Of a stretch of 64,000 nucleotides of DNA, positions 48,481-61,536 are shown piece after piece. Both the position numbers and the translations under genes were made by a program. The stretch is from Eledone cirrhosa. Lineage: Eukaryota. Positions within the stretch are counted from its first letter, which is position 1, and each line of letters begins with the position of its first letter. The stretch spans positions 318,990,001-319,054,000 of the forward strand of contig OZ024742.1 in assembly GCA_964016885.1 (NCBI GenBank). The letters run 5' to 3'. The notes below the pieces were generated by a model, which was not told where the DNA came from, searched no databases, and worked only from the letters and a program-made list of their open reading frames with translations.

Positions 48481-51202
48481 AGATTCTCCAGCTGCTGTAT
48501 CAATATGAATCACAAAATTTTGTGGGAAATAAATTAGCAAAATTTAATAGGTGGGGTATTCAAGACCTGAGAGTACTTAATAATTTTACAAATTAAATTG
48601 GCTTTAATATTTCAATTCAGAAATTTGGGGTAATTTTTTTTTTTTTTTTGAGGCCGCTTTTCTTTGGTTAAAAAAAAAGATATAATAAAACAAAAAGAAA
48701 AAAGTTAGAAGCTGTTTTAAAATCCCACCGTAATGTTTCTCTGTAACACAACACTAGCAAAATACGTCTGCAAACTATCATCACTAACTTACTAGATGAC
48801 TCTTCTTTGTCACAAAAAGCAAAAGATTTCTTACCATGAAACCACAAACAGCGGAAGTACAAATCAAAATACCAGCAAATGACAGACACAATTAGGTGAC
48901 AACACCAGTCTAGGAAAAAAAACCTATACATGGTCACTAAACCTGCTCACACTCACACACGTCGCCCTGCACCTCACTATTTATTATCGTTCTGTCATAG
49001 ACCTGTCAACTCACCCCGCCCGTCCAACGGAGATCTCCCACCCACTTTGGGGTGGATGAGAGATGTCTTCTCTCCTGAAAAGGGGCATAGCTTTCATTTT
49101 GTAAAATCTCCTAATTGTGCCTCATTTCTCACCGTTTGGGGCTCTCTTTTTCATGGTACTCCCTGTTTGGGTTTTTAGAGGTTGGCAGGTGTTGTATCGT
49201 CTTTTTCATGATATAACTTCCAGGGTGGTTTTTTTTTTGTTTTGTTTCAATCAGAAATGTATTAGTGTTAGGGGATTTACAGTTGCGATCATTTTTTTTT
49301 TAAATATATTTTGTTTGCGTTTATAATTAATATTTTCATCTTTAATAAACTGAATAGTATTTTAAATATTCAGGTCCACCATCCTGATATCAAACCTCAT
49401 CTATTCTTCCCTTGTTTTCTTTGCTCCCTGTAGTTTGAAAGCAATCGGACCTACCTTGCGTCTCCAATTTAATCCAGACCGAATTGTCCACTGCGCTAAC
49501 GTCCACGTAACTTACCTCCGCCTGAGGATGACAGAACCTCTCACTCACTTTTGCAAACACAATATCTGGCCATGACCTGACAAAAAAAAGAGGCAATCAA
49601 TAGGCCCAAAACCCTGATGTGACATCACTTGTCCTTCACTTCCGGTAAGACATCTCCCAACTTCTGTTAGTCCCTCCTTGGCAGCTCCACACTCTCCTAC
49701 CACATACATTGTTTAACACATTTTTACCCAGCCTTTTCCTACATATGCATTGCATGCTCTCATACCAATGTACATTACAGTTGATTTCTCTGATGCCCAG
49801 TTTTTCTCTCAGCATACCTGTGTTATATTGCTCAAACATGATGTTACATATTCAGTAAAATAAGCTCTCAATACTTTCCAGCCATTGCCTGTGTTTCATT
49901 ACCATAGAACAGTCATGGGAAAACTGGCTTATTTGGCTTTCTCAATGGCCCGCCTAATTTCAAAATTGCCTTGGAGTGTTTAGTAGTGTGCCCCGCCTCA
50001 TGATGGGCCACATCTGTGGCCCACTGCTCAAAAAGGGTTGCCTATGCCTGTCACAGAGCATTGCATTTCATACACAAGCATTGTGCCTTTCAATCAGAGA
50101 AACCTTTTGTTGCCAACAGAAGTAATCATTTCTTGAACTATTTCCACCCCATTCTTACACAGGCTACTATGCTTTTGCCATAACCCCATCAACTGCTAAT
50201 TAGCACACCTATTTAATAAAAGCAACTTCTAGCAAGTCAGTAACCCTCTATATTTACTATTATATTTTCACAGTAAAGACTTTACTACACATAATTATCT
50301 CACATAATACTGAATCTATTTATTTGATATTATTTATTTTGAGAACAATACCTTAATGTTGGTATGAGTGGCCAGTTACAGCCGGTTTGAAAGAAATAGG
50401 TGAGAGAATTCTGGTTGGATACAGCCAGTTTAAATACTAAAGGGTTAAGGAGATTGAATGACTTCCTTTATTGGATGCTAAATACATCTGTGCATAAATT
50501 GTTAGCCTGTATGAAATCCAATTGCACTTTTTGTTTATCCAGTTTGCATTCTGATCTTTTCCTGCATATCAAACATAGCCATTTCTTAGATGGCAGTGGA
50601 ATTTGATTACCTTCTCTTCTAAATAAAACTTATTGCTTAGATTAGTTGACTTTTAGGTTGGTTGATTCTTAATTCTGCTTCCATATGTGGACCTTTTGCC
50701 TCTAGTTCTTCAATTGATTTGGTTATGAGAACTAGGTCATTGGCATACAGGAGTTCCCACAGGTATATGTGTGTGTTTGTATTTCAGATATCTATCTATT
50801 TAACTTTCTACTCAAATACAAGAGCAACAACGCAAATACACTGCCATGATTGATTTCTTTTTCATCTGACTAGGCACTAGGCCAAATTTTGCAAGGAATA
50901 ACCATAGTCAACTCTGAATAAACTATAATTTATTAACTCTGAAGAGATGAAAAGCAAAGTCAATCCCCATGTGAATTGAATACAATTTGTAGAGCCGCAA
51001 TAGTAGACACTAAGACATTTCTACCAACTAGCTGCTCTGTTTACACCACAAAAATAGATTTGTTAAACATGAGTTGAAAACAGGGTATTGATAAATGAGA
51101 GTATGGGATATTCATATTTTTCTCAAAGCGCTAATGATGTAAATGAAATGAATATAAATGGAAATCAAAACTAAGTTACTGATTTAATTAATCTAGAGTT
51201 TT

Positions 51203-52007
51203 ACTTTTTATGCCTTTAAAATAAGTCCACATAGACATGAGCAAATAAGGGATCCTCTGTGTAGTAACTTGACCTGCTAAATATAGCAACTTAATATCCC
51301 TCAAATCACATTCTACTTTTCTTAAAAAAAGAATTCACTGAGCTATGTAGTCATTGATACACTATCTAAATAAAAAAACAGGATACTCAAGGTTGGAATG
51401 TCTTTGTCTGTGGGTAGTTAGTGTTGCTGATACTGTTGTCCTCATTGTTAGAGTTACTAATGCTGCTAAATAGTTTATGCTTTATGTGAGATACAAATGT
51501 TTGTCAAGTTCCTATATTTTCTTTTTATATAACTTATTTATGTTTAGCTTTATATCAGTTGTGTACGATGTTAAGTTGTGTAATAAGGGTTGTATTTTTT
51601 TATGTTGCCTTGTGGAATTTAGTTTCTGTTGCAGTTCTTTTTGTTTTTTGTGTCACTATACACACACACACACACACTAAATTTCTTCCATCCTGTCCTT
51701 ATTCTAACTACTATGCTCTCCAAGCACCCTCACCTACTGCTAATTATATCACCTAGGTAGTAGAAACTATTCACCACTTCTATGGGTCCTTCCTGGGATT
51801 GGAAAAGATTTATATTATTTATGATCATCCAGTCTTATATTTAGATATAGCGTATCAATGACTACATTGCTCGGTGAATTCTTTTTTAAGAAAAGTAGAA
51901 TGTGATTTGAGGGATATTAAGTTGCTACATTTATCAAATCAAGTTACTACAGAGGGGCCCTTATTGGCTCCTGTCTATACGGACTTATGTTAAAGGCATA
52001 AAAAGTT
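51203..52007. repeat. Inverted repeat pair, about 183-bp arms (51203-51385 / 51826-52007)
   Basis: GCAACTTAATATCCCTCAAATCACATTCTACTTTTCTTAAAAAAAGAATTCAC versus GTGAATTCTTTTTTAAGAAAAGTAGAATGTGATTTGAGGGATATTAAGTTGC. Confidence 0.85.
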
Positions 52008-52904
52008 AAGGTGATGTGGTGTATCTAGGGCCAGTCTCCCTTTCTGCAAGTAATATAAAACTTAATTAGGTTAAACTCTAAATATTTGACAATTGGTCCC
52101 ACAGAGGAAGTAATTCCCTTCTAATTAGTCAGATCCAGATTGGTTTGGTACACTAAATGGTGTGTTTATTAGATCCAGTGACTAATTAGCTAGAGAACTG
52201 GTAGGGTATGAAAGAATTTAAATAGGTTTTTGTGTGGTAATAAATATGTCATTCTTTTAATTCCTTTATAGAATAATGCATATGTATGTAATTGATTGTG
52301 TTTGGGCGTTTGTGTGCGTATTTGCTTGTGTGCATGTATATTTGATTATGTCTGTATATAGTTGTGTTTGTGTGTATTTGATTGTGTGTGTAGTTGTTTA
52401 TGTTTGGATTTTTTTTTTTTTTTTCATTCTTTTATAGCATATTCTAACTTTGAACCATATGTATATTAGTTTGTTAGGATTGTGTTTATGTTGATATATA
52501 TGAACAAATCTGTTTAATGGGTTAAGTTCCAAATAAATGGAGTCTGCAACACAAGTTCAATTCCAAGTTGATTTATCTAATTCACTTCACTTATCCTTGA
52601 TGCTTGTGATTTCCAAAACCAGTCAATCAATACTTAAAACACTAAAACATTTGTCTTCTAACAATTTACCAAAAACTATGATGACATTTTTCATAGAACA
52701 AACTATTGTTTTTGAAGTAGTTTATTTTTCTCAGTCATGGGCAAACTGCAGCCCGTTTGGTTTTGTGAATAGCATGCCTAATTTCAAAATTGTCTTGAAT
52801 TTTTTTAGAAGTGCAGCCCGCCTTATGATGAGCCACATCCTATGCAGTCCACTGCTTGAAAATGGTTGCCTATCATCATCATCCAGCTATTGATTATGCA
52901 CAAC

Positions 52905-53262
52905 ACAATTAACCCTAAGTAGGGGTGGGTCCTGCCTGACAGCACTCCTTAGTGTCCTGCTCTATGTGTTTCTGTTCATTTGGGCCAGGCCAAGCCTAGT
53001 TTGATCACGATGGACATCCTCCATCCAAGTCCTTTTTAGTTTTCATGGGCCTCTACTGTCTCCTGGATCAACATTCATCACTTTGCTGATCCAGCCCTCA
53101 CTGTGCTCGACATGGCCGTATCAGCGCATGTGTCTCGTGTGAAGCACATCCTTGAGGTCGTCAATAAGCAGTTTTTTCAGGAGCTCAGTTGAGCTGACAT
53201 CATCCTTAGTGGTCAATCCTAACATCCAGCGGATCGTAGCTCTGTCATTTCTTCTGAGCCAA
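52905..53262 (-). mobile_element. RTE-like LINE 3' fragment
   Basis: Minus strand reads LRRNDRATIRWML...MR*YGHVE...KRTW. Confidence 0.65.
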
Positions 53263-53832
53263 TTCTATGCCTAATTTATCTAGTTCTCTTCACTTATTCT
53301 TGATACTTGTAATTTCCAGCCAATCAGTACTGAGGAGAGGACAAATATTTTAATGTTGGTTTAACAATTTACCAAGAGCTACAATGACATTTTTCATAGA
53401 ACAAACTGTTGTTTTTGAAGTTGATATTGATAATCTGAGACATTCTTAAAAACCAAACAGAACAGTAGAGAAATTCTTTTTCTTCCTTGGAGAGAAATTT
53501 AGTTAATAGAAATGCACTGACACACACACGCTCTTTCTTTCTCTTTAAAAATAAAACCTGACATGTGATCTGTTCAAATATACATGCATGCATATAAACT
53601 TGCCAGCACATATCTACGTTTGTGTGTACTTTACACCTACACATATATAAACACATAAAATCAGCTAATTATTTTTTACAACTAGCATGTATACATATGT
53701 GTAGGCATACAGACATATGTTTATGTTTATCTTACATTTTCTAAACAATATACATATGTATGCGATTCCCGGGTTCAATCAGGGGTAACTACAGTAAGTG
53801 AAGTACAATACATTAGGAGAGTATATACAAAA

Positions 53833-53957
53833 TTTAATATAGAAATGGCTTCTACAAAACTAGAACTGTTTCATTTGAAGGAAATCATCAGGAAAGCATT
53901 GATGATTTCTTTCAAATGAAACAGTTCTAGTCCTGTAGAAGCCATTTCTATATTAAA
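53833..53957. repeat. Hairpin (58-bp arms) containing a type I minimal hammerhead motif on the minus strand, Penelope-like remnant
   Basis: Arms 53833-53890 / 53900-53957; the minus strand reads GCTTTC-CTGATGA-N12-GAAACAG-TTCTAGTT-TTGTA-GAAGC. Confidence 0.65.
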
Positions 53958-53959
53958 CT

Positions 53960-56013
53960 ATATGGGAGAAAGACAGTCTCCCCCACATCGACCCAATAGA
54001 GGGACCAGCAGTGTTAGTCGAGGGTAGTATAATAAGTAAGGCAATCAAAGATATGAAGACAGGGAAGGCGGCTGGGCCTTCGGAAAGAGTTGCCGAGATG
54101 CTGAAGGCATCTGGTACGGTGGGACACACCATGGTCACCCGGATAGTCAACCAAGTCATACAGAATGGGGTTGTTCCGAAGGACTGGCGTAGCAGCATTA
54201 TCGTTAACTGTTATAAGGGTAAAGGAGATGCCCTAGATAGGAGTAACTATAGAGGCATTAAATTAATCGACCAGGTCATGAAGGTCACGGAAAAAGTAAT
54301 AGCGCAACTAATCAGAGCGAATTGATCTAGATGAAATGCCGTTCGGGTTTGTGTCAGGAAAAAGTACCACAGACGCTCTTTTCATTGTACGACAACTACA
54401 GGAGAAGTACCTAGCTAAAAGTAAACCCCTATACTTAGCTTTCGTCGACTTGGAGAAGGCCTTCGACAGAGTCCCCCGTTCCATTATCTGGTGGGCTCTT
54501 AGAAAACTAGGTGTTGATGAATGGCTTGTGAGAGCTATACAAGCCATGTATAAAGAAACAGTCAGCAAGGTTAGAATTAACAACGAATATAGTGAAGAGT
54601 TTAGTGTAAAAGTTGGTGTTCATCAGGGCTCTGTTCTTAGCCCCCTACTATTTATTATTGCCCTCCAGGCTATAACAGTGGAGTTCAAGACCGGCTGCCC
54701 ATGGGAACTCCTATACGCAGATGAATCAATGGCCGAGCTAGAGAAGAAATTCCAAACATGGAAGCACGGCCTAGAATCAAAAGGCCTTAAAATTAACCTG
54801 GCTAAGACTAAAGTTCTAGTTTGTAAGAAAGAAAATAAGGCGGCGGTCCCCTCCGGGAAGTGGCCATGCGCAGAGTGTAGGAAAGGCGTAGGTAGAAATT
54901 CCATTTTGTGTCCCAAATGCAAAGTTTGGGTGCATAAAAGATGTAGTGGGATCACAGGTAAGCTAACTAAGAACATAGATTTTACATGTGGCCGGTGTTC
55001 TGGGGCAATAAGTAGCAGCAAGTGCCCACAAAATACTAGCTCTTTCAACTGCGCAGAGGGTTCTATAGAAATAGTGGACAGCTTCCGTTACCTGGGTGAC
55101 AAAATCAGCAGTGGGGGAGGGTGCTCTGAAAGTACAGTAGCTAGAGTCAGAACTGGGTGGAAAAAGTTCAGAGAGCTTATACCACTATTAGCCGCTAAAG
55201 GGTTCTCCCTAAAAATGAAAGGCAGGCTGTACGATGCCTGCATACGAACAGCAATGTTGCATGGCAGTGAGACCTGGGCATTGTGTGCAGAGGATATACG
55301 CAGACTAGAGAGAAACGAAGCTTGCATGCTCCGCTGGATGTGTAATAGTAATATACGTGAACGACAAAGCATAAACGAACTAAGGAAAAAATTAGAAATA
55401 AGAGGGATCAGATGTTGTTTACTAGAGAGAAGGCTACGTTGGTATGGTCACGTGATGCGCATGAAGGACGATAGCTGTATAACAAAGTGCAGGGCAATAA
55501 AGATAGACGGTAGCCACGGAATAGGCAGACCCAGAAAAACCTCACACACTTACACCTCACCAAGACAATGTCACTGGACCGAGACCTTTGGCGGTACTCA
55601 GTAATAGAGAAGACCCGCCTTACCTAAATACAAAGTAAAACCTACTACAGTCAGTAGGCATCTCTAACAAAATACACCCCCGTCCCACCATCCCCACCCC
55701 ATCCACACCGCCCCCTTCTATGTAAAGTTATGTTGGTGCCACACCATCCAGGCCGAAACAAATGAGATCGTGTAGGTGTCACGACAAAAAAACACAGTCC
55801 ACGCTGTAATGTGGCCGTGTAGGCAACACGGTAAAAACCTCCCAGACCCACACTGTAAATGTGGTTGGTGTTAGGAAGGGCATCCAACTGTAGAAAACCT
55901 GCCAGACAGTCCTATGCGAGCAAGACAATCACTCTTGCCTCAAGTGGGAAAACCCCCGTCCAAACCCATGCAAGCGTGGAACACGGACGTTAAACGTTGA
56001 TGATGATGATGAT
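53960..56013 (+). mobile_element. RTE LINE related to 36412-39275, 5'-truncated, inactive
   Basis: ORFs 54011-54325 and 54336-55604; a deletion turns YADDLALMAES into YADES; PHD-like insert present; (GAT)n tail near 55998-56013. The last ~200 bp may be a separate SINE with an RTE-type tail. Confidence 0.9.
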
Positions 56014-56630
56014 AATCATCATGATCATCATTTTACGCCCATTGTTCCATACTTGCATAGGTCCTTCTCAGTGCAGCATATCTCCACTTGTTGCGTTCCT
56101 TTTTCGTTTCCTCCATGGGCATTATCAATCTGAAATCAGCTCTTATCACTTCCATCCAGGTTTTTGATTTTTCTCTACTGCAACTACTTGACACTTGACC
56201 CAATGATTATCATCTGTGCTTTGTTGTTCTCACGCATTAACATTCCACATCTATCATTTCTCTCCTACCACCACATCCTCTGTGTTCACTGCCCATGTCA
56301 CATAGCACTTCGTGCACAGGCATCTTACAGCTGACCTTTTGTTCATAGGGATAAACCATTTGTTGTTAGCAAGGGTAACTTCCCTAAACTTCTATCCTGT
56401 CCTTATTCTAGTTATCATGCTCTCCAAGCACTCTCCTCTACTGCATATTATATAACCTAGGTAGCAGTAACTATCCTGGGATTGGAAAAGGTTTATATTA
56501 TTTATTTTATTATTGCCATTCTTACTGTTAAATGACTGACCATTTATTTCCTACAAAGTCTTTCTTTCCTGTTAGTCTGCCTGTTGTTCCACTACACCTC
56601 TTGTTTACCCAAGATTTGCACTGTGTATAT
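56014..56630 (-). mobile_element. Degenerate RTE 3' fragment (similar minus-strand fragments at about 49640-50230, 51690-51810, 58625-59260)
   Basis: Reverse complement matches YLG...G.C..., PLL...G.SL..KG.L and WV.KC segments of the RTE ORFs. Confidence 0.7.
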
Positions 56631-57496
56631 TGTAATATTAGAGTAAAATATCTTTTACTCTAAAATTAGAAAGTTATATTACTAAATCACTCCAAATTCT
56701 TGATTTAGAAAAATATATATATTTGTAAGTCAGAGATAGTGTGTTCCCCCATTAGAAAGATGGTAAGGAAAGAATTAAGAGTTAAGTGTATCAACCATAA
56801 ACAACCATACAAAGATTGACAGGATATGGGCAACTGACCCAACACCTTATTTCAATGTCCTCCTGACTCAGTCACTTATGGCTTTTATGTTAGGATAATT
56901 ATATGTAATTAATTGTTGACTTGGAAAAGTTAACTCATTGACCCCACAACTGACATGAATATGAAAGGTTTCATTGTCAAATGGATTAAGAGTTAGAATA
57001 TTTAAGAGTAATTATTATTTCACTGTACAGCCAGTAATTGAGAACTTGAGGTTAACTAACAGATATCGGGATTTATGGTGACAAATCTATGATTTAAATA
57101 AAACCAAACAATGGCAAAACAAGCTAAAGCTAGCGCCCTGACCCTTGCTGTTTTTGATATGCAGATTTGCTCCGAACAAATTGCATGTGTCCGAAGGAAC
57201 CTGCAGCCGTAGAATCAGCCAGATCCATACAGTGATCATATCTCGAGCTACCTGCTGGCGAAACAATTGTAACACGCAATAAACTGAGTCCAGATGCATC
57301 ACTGATTTTTTTTTTTGTTTATACTATTCACACTCTGCTCTGTATGAATATTGAGTGCTAATATTGGCATACCGCCTATGGAAGCACCATAGCTACCATT
57401 ATACACACGTCTATATAAGGGTATTTATATATATATATTTTATTTATATATATATATATAAGGGTATTTATATTTATATATATATATATATATATA

Positions 57497-58377
57497 TTAG
57501 GGTATTTGGAAAGTAATTGCATTTTTCACCACTATGAAATATGAATGAATCAATCACGTCAGAGTCAGGGTCGAAAGGGCGGGGACTGTTTAAAATAGTA
57601 CAGGTAGTGTGCCATTCATAGTCATTTCAGTAATTGACCCCATGGAGGATAAGAACATTATGAAACAACATATTCACCATTGCTTACTGTATGAATTTCG
57701 AAAGAACAGTGCCGCTATAGAAACAATGAAAAACATTTGTGAAGTGTATCTGAATGCAGTGATAGCTCTGGTTTAAAAGTGTCAACTGTGGTTTAAAAGA
57801 TTTAAACATGGTAATTGTGTCATATCCGACAAGCCTCGACCTGAAATACGACCTTTTGAATGAAACTATTGTATCAAATCTACGTCAAAGCACCAGAGAT
57901 TTGGCGCATAAATTTAATGTGTCGTGTTCAACTTTCCATGAACATCTCAAGCAAATTGGGAGAACATGCAAAGAGGGAATTTGGGTTCCACATGAGCTTA
58001 TGCTTGAGAACCGAACACAACACTCCAACACTCTGCAAAACAAGCCCAAGAAAAAATAAGATCATTAGGATGGGAAGTTCTTCCACATCCTCCATACTCA
58101 CCTGACTTAACACCTACAGATTTCCATCAGTTCCAATCAATAGTACATTTTATAAGAGGCAAAACATTCAGAAACAGAAAGGAAGTTGAAAATAATCTTT
58201 CAAGAAAAGAAATAGGTTTCTTTGAATGTGGCATCAAAAAGTTGCCTTCCCATTGGGCTGCAGTCATTGAAAACGATGGTGATTACATTATCAAAATTAT
58301 TCAGCAGATGAATGCAGTTCATATTTGTTTTTATATTCTTTCTGGAAAAACACAATTACTTTCCGAACACACTCTAA
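57497..58377 (+). mobile_element. Degenerate mariner element
   Basis: TIRs TTAGGGTATTTGGAAAGTAATTG / CAATTACTTTCCGAACACACTCTAA between TA; motifs WVPHEL and HPPYSPDL. Confidence 0.85.
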
Positions 58378-59998
58378 TATATATATATCCTTATTATGCT
58401 TGTCGAATGCCAAGATGTAAGTATATTTCCCACAGCAGCATATCGACAAAAGCAAACTTTATTTCTATTTACATTCAGCTGCCTGTCTGATGAAACATAT
58501 GGAACAATTGTTGAACAACAATCTTACTATACCTTTAAATATACATAAGAGGATGACGCAATGGAATAAAACGATGTTGAATTTGTGACAGTCTCTTTTC
58601 CTTTTTACATATATATATATAGATATCGTTTTTACATCCGCTTTTTCATGTTTGCATGGGTTGTACAGGTCCTTCTCAGCACAGCATCTCTACACACATC
58701 GCAATCCGTTGTCATCACCTCTGTGAGTCTCAGTGATTTGAGGTCAGCTCTCACAAACTCTGCCTATATCTTTCTTGGTCTACTTCTACATCCAAAGATC
58801 ATTGTCCATGTGCATTACATGTCCAAACCAACACAGTCTTCTCTCCTGCACACCACCTCAAATTCCTCCTAAACCCAGCTTCTTCAACTGGTCTAAGCTC
58901 TGCCTCTCTCTCGCACTTAAATTGCACATCCAATGGAGCATGGTTGCTTCATTTCTCTCCAGTCTAGACATGTCTTCTGCAGCCACAGCCCATGCAGCAT
59001 CACACACAGGCATCATACAGCCTTTCTTTTTTATGTAGGGAGAAATCTTTTGTTGTCAACAGTGGAAGTAGTTCTCTAAACTTCTTCCATCCTATCCTTA
59101 TACTAGCTATTATACTTTTGGCACACCCTCCTTCATTGCTAATTAGGTCACCTAGATAGCAGAAGCTATCAACCACATCTATGGATTCTTCCTGTAACTG
59201 GAAAAGGTTTATATCATTGGCACTCCTCCTCTCGATTACTCCTATGCATCTTCTACATGTAGATTATATATAATCATTGGTTTACTATTGGCTACTACAC
59301 CATACAGTAATATCACCATCAATGAATTTACATGAGCTGGATGGGTAAGTAAAATAGCATATTTTCCATATATCTTGAATCTCTGCCATCTCAAAGCCTA
59401 ATAATCTAAATTTTTTCTTGATTGTTTCTTTGGTTACAATATAATACCAATTCACAGTAATTCCGCACCTTGCTCTGGTCATGTCAATCATCTATCCAGC
59501 AATTCAGCCAGTAAATACTGAACTCATTCCTCCCATGTCACTGCAAAAGATTTACATTCACATCTCGTGCAGTAATTAAATAAACAAAATAGAACAAAAT
59601 AATCAACAAAGACAAACTGAATAAGTACTTTCATTACATTTGTATTAATAACATACAAAGTATCAGAGTTCTTCAAAACAAAGTACATGAGGCATGATAC
59701 ATAGATTATTTAATAGATAGCTATAATATAGGTCCATCTCATGTTTGCTAAATTTCTAATTTTTTCCCCCCTTATTTGAAAGTTTCACAGAAAGATAAAA
59801 AGTACTAACCAGAGCATCCAAGACTGTTACAATAGTGAAGCTGGCTGATTAATTCAGTCTTACATATTAATAAAAACTTTTTCAAGTTCAAGAATATTAA
59901 CCCACAAACATCGCTTGACTAAAAATGTTGAATAGCTTATTAATCAACTGACATACGATGTATGTATGTATGTGTATATATATATATATATATATATA

Positions 59999-60077
59999 CA
60001 GGGTGTCCCCCAAAAATATATACACACTTCAACAGCATTCTAATCAAAGTGTGTATACATTTTCTGAGGATACCCTG
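59999..60077. mobile_element. Tc1-like MITE (longer inverted copy at about 63719-63821)
   Basis: TA-CAGGGTGTCCCC...GGATACCCTG termini; interior CTTCAACAGCATTCTAAT is the reverse complement of ATTAGAATGCTGTTGAAG at 63776-63793. Confidence 0.7.
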
Positions 60078-60088
60078 TGTGTATGTGT

Positions 60089-60129
<41 letters not shown>

Positions 60130-60230
60130 GATATAGATATCCCAGTAGGTACTAGGTACCCACGGAAATATATATGTTGTCTATAATAGTGGTTGTTCTA
60201 TGGTACTAATTTGAGATACCAGAACTGTAA

Positions 60231-60332
60231 ATATGAGCGGAACAAGTAAACATTAAACAATCTTTTAAATAAATTAAAATACGAATCGTATTTTAATTTA
60301 TTTAAAAGATTGTTTAATGTTTACTTGTTCCG

Positions 60333-60339
<7 letters not shown>
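60231..60339. repeat. Perfect palindrome, 54-bp arms, 1-nt spacer
   Basis: ATATGAGCGGAACAAG...ATACGA-A-TCGTAT...CTTGTTCCGCTCATAT. Confidence 0.95.
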
Positions 60340-60407
<68 letters not shown>

Positions 60408-60851
60408 ATGTATGTATATAATTCTGCTAAGTGTTCTGTAAGATATAAGTCAAAGTTTCAATAGAATGATTACATTATATTCAGATATAATATTTTAAAA
60501 AATACATATTAAATATAACTCACTGAATAAGATAATTGCAAACTTCAATCTCCCACCCAATTAAATTATTATTAAAACGATAATGATAATTAACATGACT
60601 TCTCTAAATTAAAAACAAAACAAAAATTCACCTATCATTATCATTTTTGCTCAAAATAACACTAAAATTTTGGAGTAAATAGTCTAGCTGAATTAATTTC
60701 TATATAATTACTGTTTCACTATGTATTATCATATTCAAGATTTCCTTTTGCTCTTCAGCACACCCTGCTTTTGTACCAGAATGGAGGCAGTAAAAACCAG
60801 TTAGACCATTACTCACTTGAGTACTCGATACTTGGGGTAGTAGAGTGAGTA

Positions 60852-60971
60852 ATATGAAAAATTCAGGACCCTGACGGCTGAGCTCTGGCCGTTTCAACAG
60901 CTAGATCCGAGCTCGGATCTAGCTGTTGAAACGGTCAGAGCTCAGCCATTGGGGTTCTGAATTTTTCATAT
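60852..60971. repeat. Near-perfect palindrome, 60-bp arms, no spacer
   Basis: Centred on GATCCGAG|CTCGGATC; five transition mismatches. Confidence 0.95.
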
Positions 60972-61483
60972 ATATATATATATATATATATAGAGAAATA
61001 AGTCAAACACTGCTTTAGTATTTGAAATCATATTGCTTATATATATATATACACTCAGTTTATGTTGGATGGTTTAACTATGGGGTATATCTAGTCATTC
61101 CGATTAGTAGACCGTGATGCAATAAGCAAAAGCACTCAATGTTATGTGTATCATCCATCAAAGATGTAGTATCTCATGGTTGGTGCAGGAACGGAGTTAA
61201 ATGAAAACAGAAGGCCAAATTCCAATATATTTCCTTAATGTTGCACAATTACACATTTAATGTCTAACAAGAAATATATTGGAATCTCCCCTTTTGTTTT
61301 CACTGAAGTATGTATATGTTTCAGTTTGAAACAAATAGAACTACAATTTGGGGCCAGAGTACTCAATACATGAGATAGAGTGGGTATATTTTCATTTATT
61401 GAATTAGACATTCACAGGATGAATTGTTTTCTTCTCCAAGAATTCATTTGAGACAAATTCTTATAGAACTAGTCTTGTTAGAG

Positions 61484-61536
<53 letters not shown>

